Source of the DNA: an uncultured Gammaproteobacteria bacterium
Lineage (GTDB): Bacteria > Pseudomonadota > Gammaproteobacteria > UBA9214
Length of the DNA stretch: 64,000 nt
NCBI GenBank assembly: GCA_963773065.1
Contig: CAVYZN010000026.1
Location: 32,001 to 96,000, forward strand
Direction of reading: 5' to 3'
The notes beneath the pieces are model-generated. The model did not search any database, was not told the origin of the DNA, and was given only the letters and a program-made list of their open reading frames with translations. This document shows positions 29,269-38,283 of this stretch, one piece after another; positions within the stretch are counted from its first letter, which is position 1, and every line of letters starts with the position of its first letter. A program made the translations under genes and the position numbers.

Positions 29269-30375
29269 ATGAATGATGATGCATCTACCTCTCAGAACAA
29301 ACAGACCTTTATTCTGATACTCCTTATTGTCGCGCTCGTTGTCAGTGGCATATGGATTTACAAAAAAACAAACGAATCAGCACGCCAAGCTATCCTTGCA
29401 AAACTGAACCTTGAGTTTTCTCAACTTGTCAGTACTGCGTGGACGCTTAATGATGTGCAGGTCTTTCTCGAATCGCTTCCGCAGTCGGAACTCAAAGAAC
29501 TCGGCGACATGACAGGCAAGAGCGGTGCTACTCCGGAACAATTAGCAAATCACCTGATGTGGTTATCGAATTCTTCATTTACCTATCCATTCAAAGATAA
29601 GAATGAGGTTAGTTACCATACGGACATTTTGCTTTGGGCCGCACAAAAGAACGGGGTCGCCGCCTCGGTTGTACTGAGAGCCTGTGAAAATATCGCCAGC
29701 CTGCTGCGGACGCCGCTTTGCGGCTGCGGCAGCGTTGCGCCACGCGAAAACTTCGGTCATTTGACTCGCCAAACTCCCTTGTTTTCGCGCAGCGCGCCTT
29801 GCCTCGCACGCAAATCGACGCCCTCGCGACTGCCGTCGATATTTTCACAGGCTCTGAGTTCCTTTCAAGTGGAACGCCGCCTTTTTGAAAAAAAGTTCGC
29901 TCAGACTTGGGATCACCTCAATCCGCAACAACGAACTGAACTGCTTAAACACATGAATGTTAGCGGCTTTAGCGACAGCCAAAAGGCGGCGCTCATAGCC
30001 GGGACAGGCGCTGCTGCTGTAACTGCGCTGTCTGCAACTGTAGCTCTTAGTGGATTTGCCTTTTACACTACGATGTCAACAGCAATTGCCGCTAGTGCTG
30101 GCCTACTGGGTGTTACCTTACCATTCAGCGTTTATGCTGGGGCTTCGAGTACAGTCGCAGTGCTTAGCGGACCAATTGGTTGGAGCATCGCACTTGTCGC
30201 AGGTACAGGTGCTGCAATTGGGGCGGCCGCCTCCAACGTAGAAAAGACGACTGAATTTATCCTTGCATTACACAGTTACAAGGCTAGACGGGCTGAGGAG
30301 ATTGCCAAAAAGATTCAGAATCTCGGTGGAATCGTAAAAGGAAAAATTGGGACGGATTTATTTTCCACTCTATGA
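29269..30375 (+). CDS. YaaW/UPF0174-like membrane protein carrying an in-frame MITE
   Basis: EVSYH.DIL, W..L....R.ELL, Gly/Ala-rich helices, LSGPIGW; low GC except for the insert. Confidence 0.6.
   Translation: MNDDASTSQNKQTFILILLIVALVVSGIWIYKKTNESARQAILAKLNLEFSQLVSTAWTLNDVQVFLESLPQSELKELGDMTGKSGATPEQLANHLMWLSNSSFTYPFKDKNEVSYHTDILLWAAQKNGVAASVVLRACENIASLLRTPLCGCGSVAPRENFGHLTRQTPLFSRSAPCLARKSTPSRLPSIFSQALSSFQVERRLFEKKFAQTWDHLNPQQRTELLKHMNVSGFSDSQKAALIAGTGAAAVTALSATVALSGFAFYTTMSTAIAASAGLLGVTLPFSVYAGASSTVAVLSGPIGWSIALVAGTGAAIGAAASNVEKTTEFILALHSYKARRAEEIAKKIQNLGGIVKGKIGTDLFSTL
29678..29854. mobile_element. 177-bp MITE with IS5/IS1031-type ends
   Basis: Perfect TIRs GAGCCTGTGAAAATATCG / CGATATTTTCACAGGCTC; TGA duplicated at 29675-77 and 29855-57. 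Confidence 0.88.
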
Positions 30376-30471
30376 CCCGAAGCTGCCATCGACAGCTTGA
30401 ATAAGAAACGTGGGTCAGCGGCCACCCGGGCTGTCACACAACCAGGCCGATGACCGCACTGAGGCAATCGC

Positions 30472-30816
30472 TTACACCTCTGATTGGTTCCAATTGCTGA
30501 ACGCGAGCAGCCATGTGGAAATATCGGGATACTCATCGCCGCGCGCCCGCAACTGGCCGCCGAGATCGATCATCAGTTCCCGAAACTCCCGGATTTGCGC
30601 GCGCCAGATCCACTCATCGATGCCCGGGTTGTCCGGCAAGGCTTCATTGGCGATGGAGCCCGCTCCGCCCCACATGCGTTTCGAGTTCAGTTCCCGATAG
30701 AACCTGGCCTCATCCCTTGCGCCGAGTTCGATCACGGACTTGATCCACGCGGCGCTCTCTCCGGGATGATTCTCCAGGAGATCACGGATTCGGTGCAGCG
30801 TGGTCTGAATATCCAT
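30472..30816 (-). CDS. Hypothetical protein, 114 aa, paralog of 15569-15913
   Basis: Collinear, highly similar translation. Confidence 0.8.
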   Translation of the reverse strand: MDIQTTLHRIRDLLENHPGESAAWIKSVIELGARDEARFYRELNSKRMWGGAGSIANEALPDNPGIDEWIWRAQIREFRELMIDLGGQLRARGDEYPDISTWLLAFSNWNQSEV

Positions 30817-30831
30817 CGCAGAGTGCTCCAG

Positions 30832-30962
30832 GGAAATGCTGATTTATTCGGAATCTGTCATTGCGAGCGTAGCGAAGCAATCTCTTCCCGATGAATAATC
30901 AGCCGCTGACGAGATTGCTTCGTCGCTTCGCTCCTCGCAATGACGAATAAATCAGCGTTCCC
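30832..30962. mobile_element. 131-bp MITE (IS5-type ends) enclosing a GTCATTGCGAG hairpin
   Basis: TIRs GGAAATGCTGATTTATTCG / CGAATAAATCAGCGTTCCC; flanks CCAG and TTAG; empty site TCAG visible at 15925-28 in the paralogous locus. Confidence 0.85.
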
Positions 30963-31083
30963 TTAGCGAAACGGGTGAATCCGCCCTTGACCGCGAGACA
31001 GGTCAGCCGGTGGTTCTGTCACCGTATTCATGGGACAGGAGGGAACGGGCGCAACCGGCGGCCGCCCGGAAACCATGAGCGGT

Positions 31084-31641
31084 TTATTCCTTCACGGGTC
31101 GCTTGGCGAGTTTTCGCTGCAGGGTGCGGCGGTGCATCTTCAGGGCGCGGGCGGCGGCGGAGACGTTGCCGCCATGTTCCACCAGAACCTTTTGCAGGTG
31201 TTCCCACTCGAGTCGTTTGACGGACGGCGGATTCTCGGCGGGCGGCACCCCGGCATCACCCCCAGTGCGTTGCAGGGCGGCGATCACCTCATCGGCATTG
31301 GCCGGCTTGGCCAGGTAGTGCACGGCGCCGAGCTTGATGGCTTCGACGGCGGTGGCCACGCTGGCATAACCGGTCAGCATGACGATGCGGGTGTTTTCAT
31401 CGAGTTCGACCAGCCCCCTGACCAGTTCCAGGCCGGATTCGCTGCCGATGCGCAGGTCGACAACGGCATATTCCGGCTCGTGGGTGCGGGCCAGTTGCAG
31501 CGCCGCGGTGAGGTCGCTGGCCGTGATGACCTCATAGCCGCGCCTTTTCAACGCCTCACCGAGTACACGGCAGTAGAGCTCGTCGTCATCGACGAGGAGC
31601 AGCACCGGGTACTCGTTGCCGGTCGCCTTGTCATTCATCAC
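31084..31641 (-). CDS. regA: RegA/PrrA/ActR response regulator
   Basis: LTGYASVATAVEAIKLGA, EWEHLQKVL...NVSAAARAL.MHRRTLQRKLAKR. Confidence 0.93.
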   Translation of the reverse strand: MMNDKATGNEYPVLLLVDDDELYCRVLGEALKRRGYEVITASDLTAALQLARTHEPEYAVVDLRIGSESGLELVRGLVELDENTRIVMLTGYASVATAVEAIKLGAVHYLAKPANADEVIAALQRTGGDAGVPPAENPPSVKRLEWEHLQKVLVEHGGNVSAAARALKMHRRTLQRKLAKRPVKE

Positions 31642-32926
31642 GTCTGGCTACCGGGATTGCCAGGAGGGGAAGGGTGATGTGTGTCAGCGTGCCGCCACCG
31701 TCCCGGTTGCGAACCGTGATGGTGCCCCCGAGGCGCTGCAGGGTCGCATGTGCAAGGTACAGCCCGACGCCGAGACCATTATTTTTGGTGGTCACCGGAT
31801 TTTTGCCGAGTTGTCCCTGGAGGGTCGTGTCGATACCCGCGCCACGATCGGTGATATCGAGTGACAGTTGTGTCGTGGTCCAGCTCGACTGCAGCCTTAC
31901 ATCCTCCGGCGAGGCATCCGCCGCGTTGTTCAGGATGTTGAGGAGCGCCTGGGTGAGTGTGCGTTCCGAAAGGATCTCGGCGTACGGCGACTGTTCATCA
32001 ATGTCGCAATGGAGTGACGCACCCGGTCGCTGCGACTGCCAATCAGCGATCACCTCCGCAAGGAAGGCCCTGACCTGCATACGGTGTCCGGATTCGGCCC
32101 GGTCGGCGCCGGCCTCGGCCGATATCACCGACAGCGCCGCCTTGCAGCGGTCCACCTGGCCGCGCAGGATGCCGAGCTTCTCGTGCAGGTCGGCGTGCGC
32201 GGCATCGTTGTATTCGCTCTCGAGTTCCGATGCCAGTATCGCGATCGTGCCTAACGGTGTGCCGAGTTCATGGGCCGCGCCGGCGGCAAGCGTGCCCAGC
32301 GCAACCAGGCGTTCGTTCCGCAGGGCCTGTTCCCGGGCCTCGGCAAGGCCCCGGTCACGCTGACGCAGGGTGTGCGACATGCCGACGATGATCACGGCCA
32401 CGAAACCGGCGCTCATGACGAAACCCAGCCACATGCCGAAGACATGCATCCGGAAGCCGCTGGCATGCGCCGGGTGTGCAGGTCCCGTATCGTAGGGTGC
32501 ATTGATCAGAAACAGGCTCGTGTAACAGATAATGGTGACGGTGGCCATGACCCATGTATGGGTGCGCGGCAGGATGGTTGCCGCAATCATGAGGGGTAAC
32601 AAGTAGAACCACACAACAGGATTGGAGGCGCCGCCGCTATAGAAGAAGATTCCGGTCAGCCCGGCGATGTCCAGCAGCATCTGGCCGAAAATCTCGCCGT
32701 CGCCGATGCGTGCGCCGCGCCGGTGACGCAGCCAGGCGCCCACATTCAGCATGATGATCAGTGCAAGGATGATGAACAGGGGTTGCAGGGGAAGTGGCAG
32801 GTCGAAATAGCCGGTCGCAATGGCGATGCCGGCAGCAATACCGCCAATCTCGACGTTGCGCAGCAGTATCAGCCGCGTGGCGTTCCGCCGTGAGGTGTCC
32901 TTCCGGGTGTCGTTCGATCTGATCAT
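31631..32926 (-). CDS. regB: RegB/PrrB/ActS redox sensor kinase
   Basis: GGASNP quinone-site motif, AAHELGTPL H-box, redox-box Cys in QVDRCK. Confidence 0.92.
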   Translation of the reverse strand: MIRSNDTRKDTSRRNATRLILLRNVEIGGIAAGIAIATGYFDLPLPLQPLFIILALIIMLNVGAWLRHRRGARIGDGEIFGQMLLDIAGLTGIFFYSGGASNPVVWFYLLPLMIAATILPRTHTWVMATVTIICYTSLFLINAPYDTGPAHPAHASGFRMHVFGMWLGFVMSAGFVAVIIVGMSHTLRQRDRGLAEAREQALRNERLVALGTLAAGAAHELGTPLGTIAILASELESEYNDAAHADLHEKLGILRGQVDRCKAALSVISAEAGADRAESGHRMQVRAFLAEVIADWQSQRPGASLHCDIDEQSPYAEILSERTLTQALLNILNNAADASPEDVRLQSSWTTTQLSLDITDRGAGIDTTLQGQLGKNPVTTKNNGLGVGLYLAHATLQRLGGTITVRNRDGGGTLTHITLPLLAIPVARRDE

Positions 32927-32977
32927 GATGGGACCATCATGGTATCAAGACGGTGCATGAGCAACTGCCCCCTTGCT

Positions 32978-32992
32978 GCGGCAATTTGTCGC
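32978..32992. promoter_or_regulatory. RegA/RegR-type binding site
   Basis: GCGGC-AATTT-GTCGC matches the GCGGC-N5-GTCGC RegR box; lies between regB and the divergent operon. Confidence 0.8.
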
Positions 32993-33082
32993 ATGGCCGC
33001 GCCATGCCCGGGTTAGTAGTATCCGCGCCTGGTGCAGACTCAGGCCAACCGTAACTGAAATTGCCGTAAGGGAAAAACGATA

Positions 33083-34042
33083 ATGAAAAATTCGTTGGGG
33101 GCACTGGCACTCGTGGCAGCCGTCGTGGCCACGAATGCCGCGGCTTGTGACTACTGCCTTATCAGTCAAGGAATATCGCCACTGCTGACGCAGAACGGCG
33201 CCGGACTCAAGGTCGCGCAGCGCTACACGCTGCTCGACAACGTCTACAGCGGCACGGACAAGGTCGACAATCCCGGCGTCAAGGAGGAGTACTGGTCCAC
33301 CGAATTGTCGGGTTTTTACGGTTTCTCCGAGCGCTTTCTCGTCCTCGTCGATCTCCCGCTGCGCAAGACCCGGGGTGACGGCGAACTCACGGAGGGCACC
33401 AGCGGGGAGCCGGAACGCGAGGATATGACCGGCGGCGCCACGGGTATGGGAGACGTCTCGGTGCTCGGCCGCTACACCGTGTTCAGCCGGCACACACTCG
33501 ATGCCACCACCCTCCTGGCAGGTGTCTTCGGACTCAAGCTGCCGACCGGCAGCACCAACCAGCACAGTAATCAGGGCGAGTATCTCGATGCGCATCTGCA
33601 GCTCGGTACCGGTTCAACCGATCTGTTGCTGGGGGTGTCGGCGTATCATGTGCTGGGCCGCTATTCCGTATCCGCCAACCTGCTGGCTTCAATCACCGGT
33701 GAGGGCGAGACCGGCGATACCAAGCACCGCTTCGGCAATTCCCTGAACTACGATGTTACGGGTAAATACCGGGTATCGCCCGCTGTGATGGGCGAGTCTT
33801 CGAATGAGCTGTTCCTCTCACTTGGCGTGAACGGAGAATACCGTCAGCACGAGAAGCTCGACGGCGACACGGTGCCAGACTCGGGCGGGCACACGATTTA
33901 CCTGACGCCCGGCATCCAGTATGTTGCCGGTACACACTGGGTATTCGAGACCACTTGGCAGTACGCCGTGTATCATGATTTGAACGAGACGCAGCTTGGC
34001 GAGAACTACAAGCTCTTCGCTTCCGCGACCTACCTGTTCTGA
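33083..34042 (+). CDS. Exported, probable outer-membrane beta-barrel protein with N-terminal CxxC
   Basis: Signal peptide then CDYC; GMGD, GLKLPTG, LGTGSTD; terminal YLF. Confidence 0.7.
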   Translation: MKNSLGALALVAAVVATNAAACDYCLISQGISPLLTQNGAGLKVAQRYTLLDNVYSGTDKVDNPGVKEEYWSTELSGFYGFSERFLVLVDLPLRKTRGDGELTEGTSGEPEREDMTGGATGMGDVSVLGRYTVFSRHTLDATTLLAGVFGLKLPTGSTNQHSNQGEYLDAHLQLGTGSTDLLLGVSAYHVLGRYSVSANLLASITGEGETGDTKHRFGNSLNYDVTGKYRVSPAVMGESSNELFLSLGVNGEYRQHEKLDGDTVPDSGGHTIYLTPGIQYVAGTHWVFETTWQYAVYHDLNETQLGENYKLFASATYLF

Positions 34043-34046
34043 CACC

Positions 34047-34595
34047 GTGGCGGTCGCGCGTTTCCTGCTCCTCGCCGCTCTGTGGCTTGCGGCGTTGCCG
34101 GCGCAGGCGCTGGATGAGACCAGTCTCGAATCGCAGCATATGCAGCGGCTCGACGAGGCGGCGCCGGATTTTCTGCTGCGCGACGCCTCCGGCAGAGACT
34201 TGCGCCTCACCGCCCTGCGCGGTCACCCCGTAATCCTGCATTTCTGGGCGACATGGTGCGAGCCCTGCCGCGAGGAACTTCCAACGTTAGATGCGATGGC
34301 CCGCCATATGGCAGATAGCGGTGTGATATTGGTCGCCGTGGCGATCGATGAGGAAGTGGACGCCGCCCGCGTCAGGCGTTATGCGCAGGACCTGGGTGTG
34401 GCGTTTCCCGTCTATCTTGCGCGGGAAGGCACTATCAGCGCCCGTTACTGGTCATGGGGAGTTCCGGTAACTTACCTGATCGATCGAGCGGGGTGGCTGG
34501 TCGCCCGTGCCTTGGGACCGCGGGACTGGGCTTCGGTATCGATGCAGACCTTGATCACACAGTTCGTTGCCCCGGCTCTCCCGCGGACGCCATGA
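34047..34595 (+). CDS. TlpA-family thiol:disulfide oxidoreductase
   Basis: APDFLL, HFWATWCEPCREELP, GVPVTYLID, GPRDW. Confidence 0.9.
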   Translation: MAVARFLLLAALWLAALPAQALDETSLESQHMQRLDEAAPDFLLRDASGRDLRLTALRGHPVILHFWATWCEPCREELPTLDAMARHMADSGVILVAVAIDEEVDAARVRRYAQDLGVAFPVYLAREGTISARYWSWGVPVTYLIDRAGWLVARALGPRDWASVSMQTLITQFVAPALPRTP

Positions 34596-34683
34596 ATCTC
34601 ACGCGCCGCCCGATGTCAAACACGGGTGATATTGTGGATTTTGGCCGGAACTTGCCCATTAAACCCATGCTGGTTCAGATCGC

Positions 34684-34747
34684 GTAGGAGCGGGCTTGCC
34701 CGTGGATGGAAGTTACGCGGTTTGTTCGCGCGCAAGCCCGCTCCCAC
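34684..34747. repeat. GTAG-family REP doublet (second subfamily)
   Basis: GTAGGAGCGGGCTTGCCCG / CGCGCAAGCCCGCTCCCAC. Confidence 0.8.
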
Positions 34748-34777
34748 CGCGTGAAAAATAAATCACCTTTTTCTGGA

Positions 34778-36127
34778 TTTGTCATCTCAACCCAACACCA
34801 CCTCGATGCGATACTCCCCGCCGGCCGTGGGCAGGGTGATACGCGCGAGGCCGTCGGTGATCGGCTCATCCCGGCCGTCCAGGCGGGCGGCGATCACCTG
34901 CCCGCCGCCGTGTGGATTCTCGACCGCGATCGCGCACTGCGTTGCGCCATCGGGCAGGCGGTAGCGCAGGCGAAACCCGGGCCAGTCGGCCGGGATGCAG
35001 GGGCGGATCAGGAGGGTGCGTCCCTGCGTCACGCGCAGGCCGAGCACCGACTCCAGCGCCGCGCGATACAGCCAGCCAGCGGATCCGGTGTACCAGCTCC
35101 AGCCGCCGCGCCCGACATGCGGCGGCTCGCCATAGACATCCGCCGCCACCACGTAGGGTTCCAGCCGGTAGGTCGCGACCCGCTCCGCGGTGACCGTATG
35201 ACTGACCGGGCTCAGCATCTCCAGCACGCGCGCGGCGCGCTCGTTGCGCCCGAGCTCCGCCAGCGCCATCACCACCCAGCACGCCGCGTGGGTGTACTGG
35301 CCGCCATTCTCGCGCACGCCGGCGACATAGCCCTTGATGTAACCGGGGTCGTGCGGAGTGTCGACGAAGGCCGGTGTCAACAGGCGCACGATGCCATCAG
35401 TCTCCGAGATCAACTGCCGTTCCACCGCGTCCATGGCCTGTTCCGCCCGCGCGCGCGGCGCCGCGCCGGAGATGACCGACCAGGACTGTGCCAGGGCGTC
35501 GATGCGGCACTCCGCATCGCCCTCGCAGCCGAGCGGCGTGCCGTCGTCGTAGTAGGCGCGGCGATACCAGGCGCCGTCCCAGCCGCTGGCCTCCAGGGCC
35601 TCCGCGAGGCGGGCACGGTAGTCACGGTAACGGGCGAGGCGCGCCGGGTCGTCGCGGCGCTCGCACAGCGGCAGAAAGTCGCCGAGGATGCGGTAGAGAA
35701 AAAAGCCGAGCCAGACGCTCTCGCCGCGCCCTTCCCGCCCGACGCGGTTCATGCCGTCGTTCCAGTCGCCCGTGCCCATCAGCGGCAAGCCGTGGGCGCC
35801 GCGCGTGAGCGAACGGTCGAGGGCACGGCAGCAGTGCTCGTAGAGGTCGGCGGTGTCGGTTCCGACCTGCGGCGACAGGTACACCTCGTCCTCGCCGGGT
35901 TCCAGCAGCCGCGCATCGAGAAACGGCGCGCGCTCCTCGAGGATGGCGGCATCGCCGGTGACGTCGAGGTAGTGGCTGGTGACATAGGGCAGCCACAGGA
36001 GATCATCCGAGAAGCGGGTGCGCAGCCCGCGCTCCAGCGGCGCGGGATGCCACCAGTGCAGCACGTCGCCCTCCACGAACTGGTGGGCGGCGTGCAGCAG
36101 GAGCTGCGCCCGGGTCAGCTCCGGGCG
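34778..36127. repeat. 1.35-kb direct repeat, copy 2
   Basis: Matches 23780-25129. Confidence 0.92.
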
Positions 36128-38149
36128 GACGATGGCCAGCGCGGCGGCATCTTGCAGTTGATCGCGATAGCCGTAGGCCCCGCCCGACTGGTAGAAGGCC
36201 GAGCGCGCCTGGATGCGGCAGGCGAGATTCTGGTACACCAGCCAGCCGTTCAGCATCAGGTCGATGGCCGGCGACGGCGTCTCGACGTGGAGGGAGGCAA
36301 CCAGTTCGGTCCAATAAGCCGTGGCTTCATCGAGGGCGGCCTGCACCGCCCCGGGCGCGCGGTAATGGGCCACCAGCCGATCCAGCTCGTTCTCGTCCAG
36401 GCACTCCCCGAGCAGGAAGGCGCACTCGGCCGTCTGCCCCGGCGCCAGGGTAATCCGCAACTGTTGCGCGAAGCATGGCTCCAGAGCGGCGCCGCAGGCG
36501 CCGTTCAGCCGTGTTTCATCGCGCAACGCGGCCGGGTCCGAGGGATCGCCGTGCCGGCCGATGAAGGCGGCGCGGTCGCAGGTATAGGCGGTAGGTTCGA
36601 CGCCTGCCCCGGTGACGACGGCGCAGGCGAAGGCGATCCCTCCGGCGAACTCGCCGGCCGCCGGGTTGACGGCGCGCAGCAGCTCCCGCCCGGCATCGAA
36701 CGCGGTGACGATGGGGCTCGGCGAGACCAGCAGGTTGCCGAGCACGAGGCGCTGATACGAGAACACGGAGAGGCGGCGGGGTTCGGCGCCACGGTGCTTG
36801 AGTCGCAGCCGCAGGATGCGGACCGGGTCGCGGCGCGGCATGAACAGGGTGGTCTCCTGCTCGAGGCCGGCGTACTCGACACCGGAAGCGGGTGAAACCG
36901 AAGCCGTGGCGCGCTTCGTAGTCGCAGGGGGCCGGCCGGGGACCGGGCAGCGGCGACCAGGCCGCGCCGCTTGCCGCATCGCGCAGGTAACAGGCCTCGC
37001 CATGGGGATCGCGCACCGGGTCATTGAACCAGGGGGTCAGGCGGTTCGCCTGGCTGTTGCGGGCCCAGGTGTATCCGGCGCCGCTTTCGCTCACGAGGAA
37101 GCCGCCGCGTTCATTCGCGATGACGTTGATCCAGGGCAGCGGCGGCCGGCGCAACGCCCCGCCCCGCCATGGCAGATCGCACGACGTATTCGGCGCCATC
37201 CGGCGTAAATCCCCCATAGCCGTTGTAACACAACAGTCCGGCCGCCTTGTCATCGGCAACGGGCGCGGACGTTGCCTGCCGGCGTGCCCCGGTGCCACAC
37301 CGTGCGGGCCGCGCAGACGGCCGCGACCCGATAGGGTTGCAGCAACCCAAGCGCAGCGGCGCGATCCGGCGCCATGCCGGTCAGGAACTGGAGTTCCTTA
37401 CGTTCACCCGGCGCCAGTTCGACCACGGTGCGCAGGCTGAACACCGGATCGAGCACATTGCCGACGCTGCCGGACAAGTGCTCTGCGCCGAGCAGCGCGG
37501 CCGGGCGCGCCGGCGTGCCGCCGCGGCCGAGGAAACGCAGGCGGTCGGTCTCCCACTCACTCGCCTCGGCGCCGGCGAGGGCGTGCACCAGCCACGGCCA
37601 AATCTCGTGCGCGGCGCGCGGCCGGCGGTGGGCAAGCAACGCGCCGTGCGCGGCATCGCGTTCCGTCTGCACGAACAGCTTGGCGAAAGCGGGGTGAGCG
37701 GCATCGGCCGCGGCATGGGTGAGAACGACCTCCAGGTAGCTGGTCACCTCGATGCGCCGCGCCCGCGGCGAGGCGTTGTACAGATCGATGCGGCGCAGCT
37801 CCAGATCCGCGTCTTCCGCCACGCTCACCTCCATGCATGCCGCGATGCCGTCATCCTCCCGCTCCAGCAGGAAGCGCCCGCCGGCACACTCGGTCCGGTA
37901 ACGTTCGGTCGGGGTGCGCGTCGGTTGGTACCCCAGCGACCAGCAGCGCCCGCCGGCGAGGTCGCGCAAGTACACGAAACTGCCGAGGTCGTCCTCGACG
38001 GGATCGGCCTGCCAGCGGGTGAGCGCCAGACCGTTGCAGAATGACCCGCCGCTGCCGGTGTCGGAGATCAGCACCTCGTAGTGCCCGTTCGATAGGCGGT
38101 AAAGGGTGGCGGGTGCGGCGTTCGGGTCGGTGTAACGGTCTGTGCTCAT
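34787..38149 (-). CDS. GH94 glycoside phosphorylase resembling the C-terminal region of cyclic beta-1,2-glucan synthase; several frameshifts
   Basis: [64 protein letters not shown] spread across frames. Confidence 0.88.
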
Positions 38150-38196
38150 GATGGATCCCGTGAAGAAAATATATGTATTGTCAGTTCAAGACCGTT

Positions 38197-38283
38197 TTCA
38201 CCGCAAAGACGCAGAGGACGCAAAGTCGTTTAATTGTTTTTCTCTAAAGAATGCCTTTGCGAACTTTGCGACTTTGCGATGAA
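38197..38283. repeat. Miniature inverted-repeat element (TTCACCGCAAAGACGC family)
   Basis: TTCACCGCAAAGACGCAGAGGACGCAAAG / CTTTGCGAACTTTGCGACTTTGCGATGAA. Confidence 0.75.
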
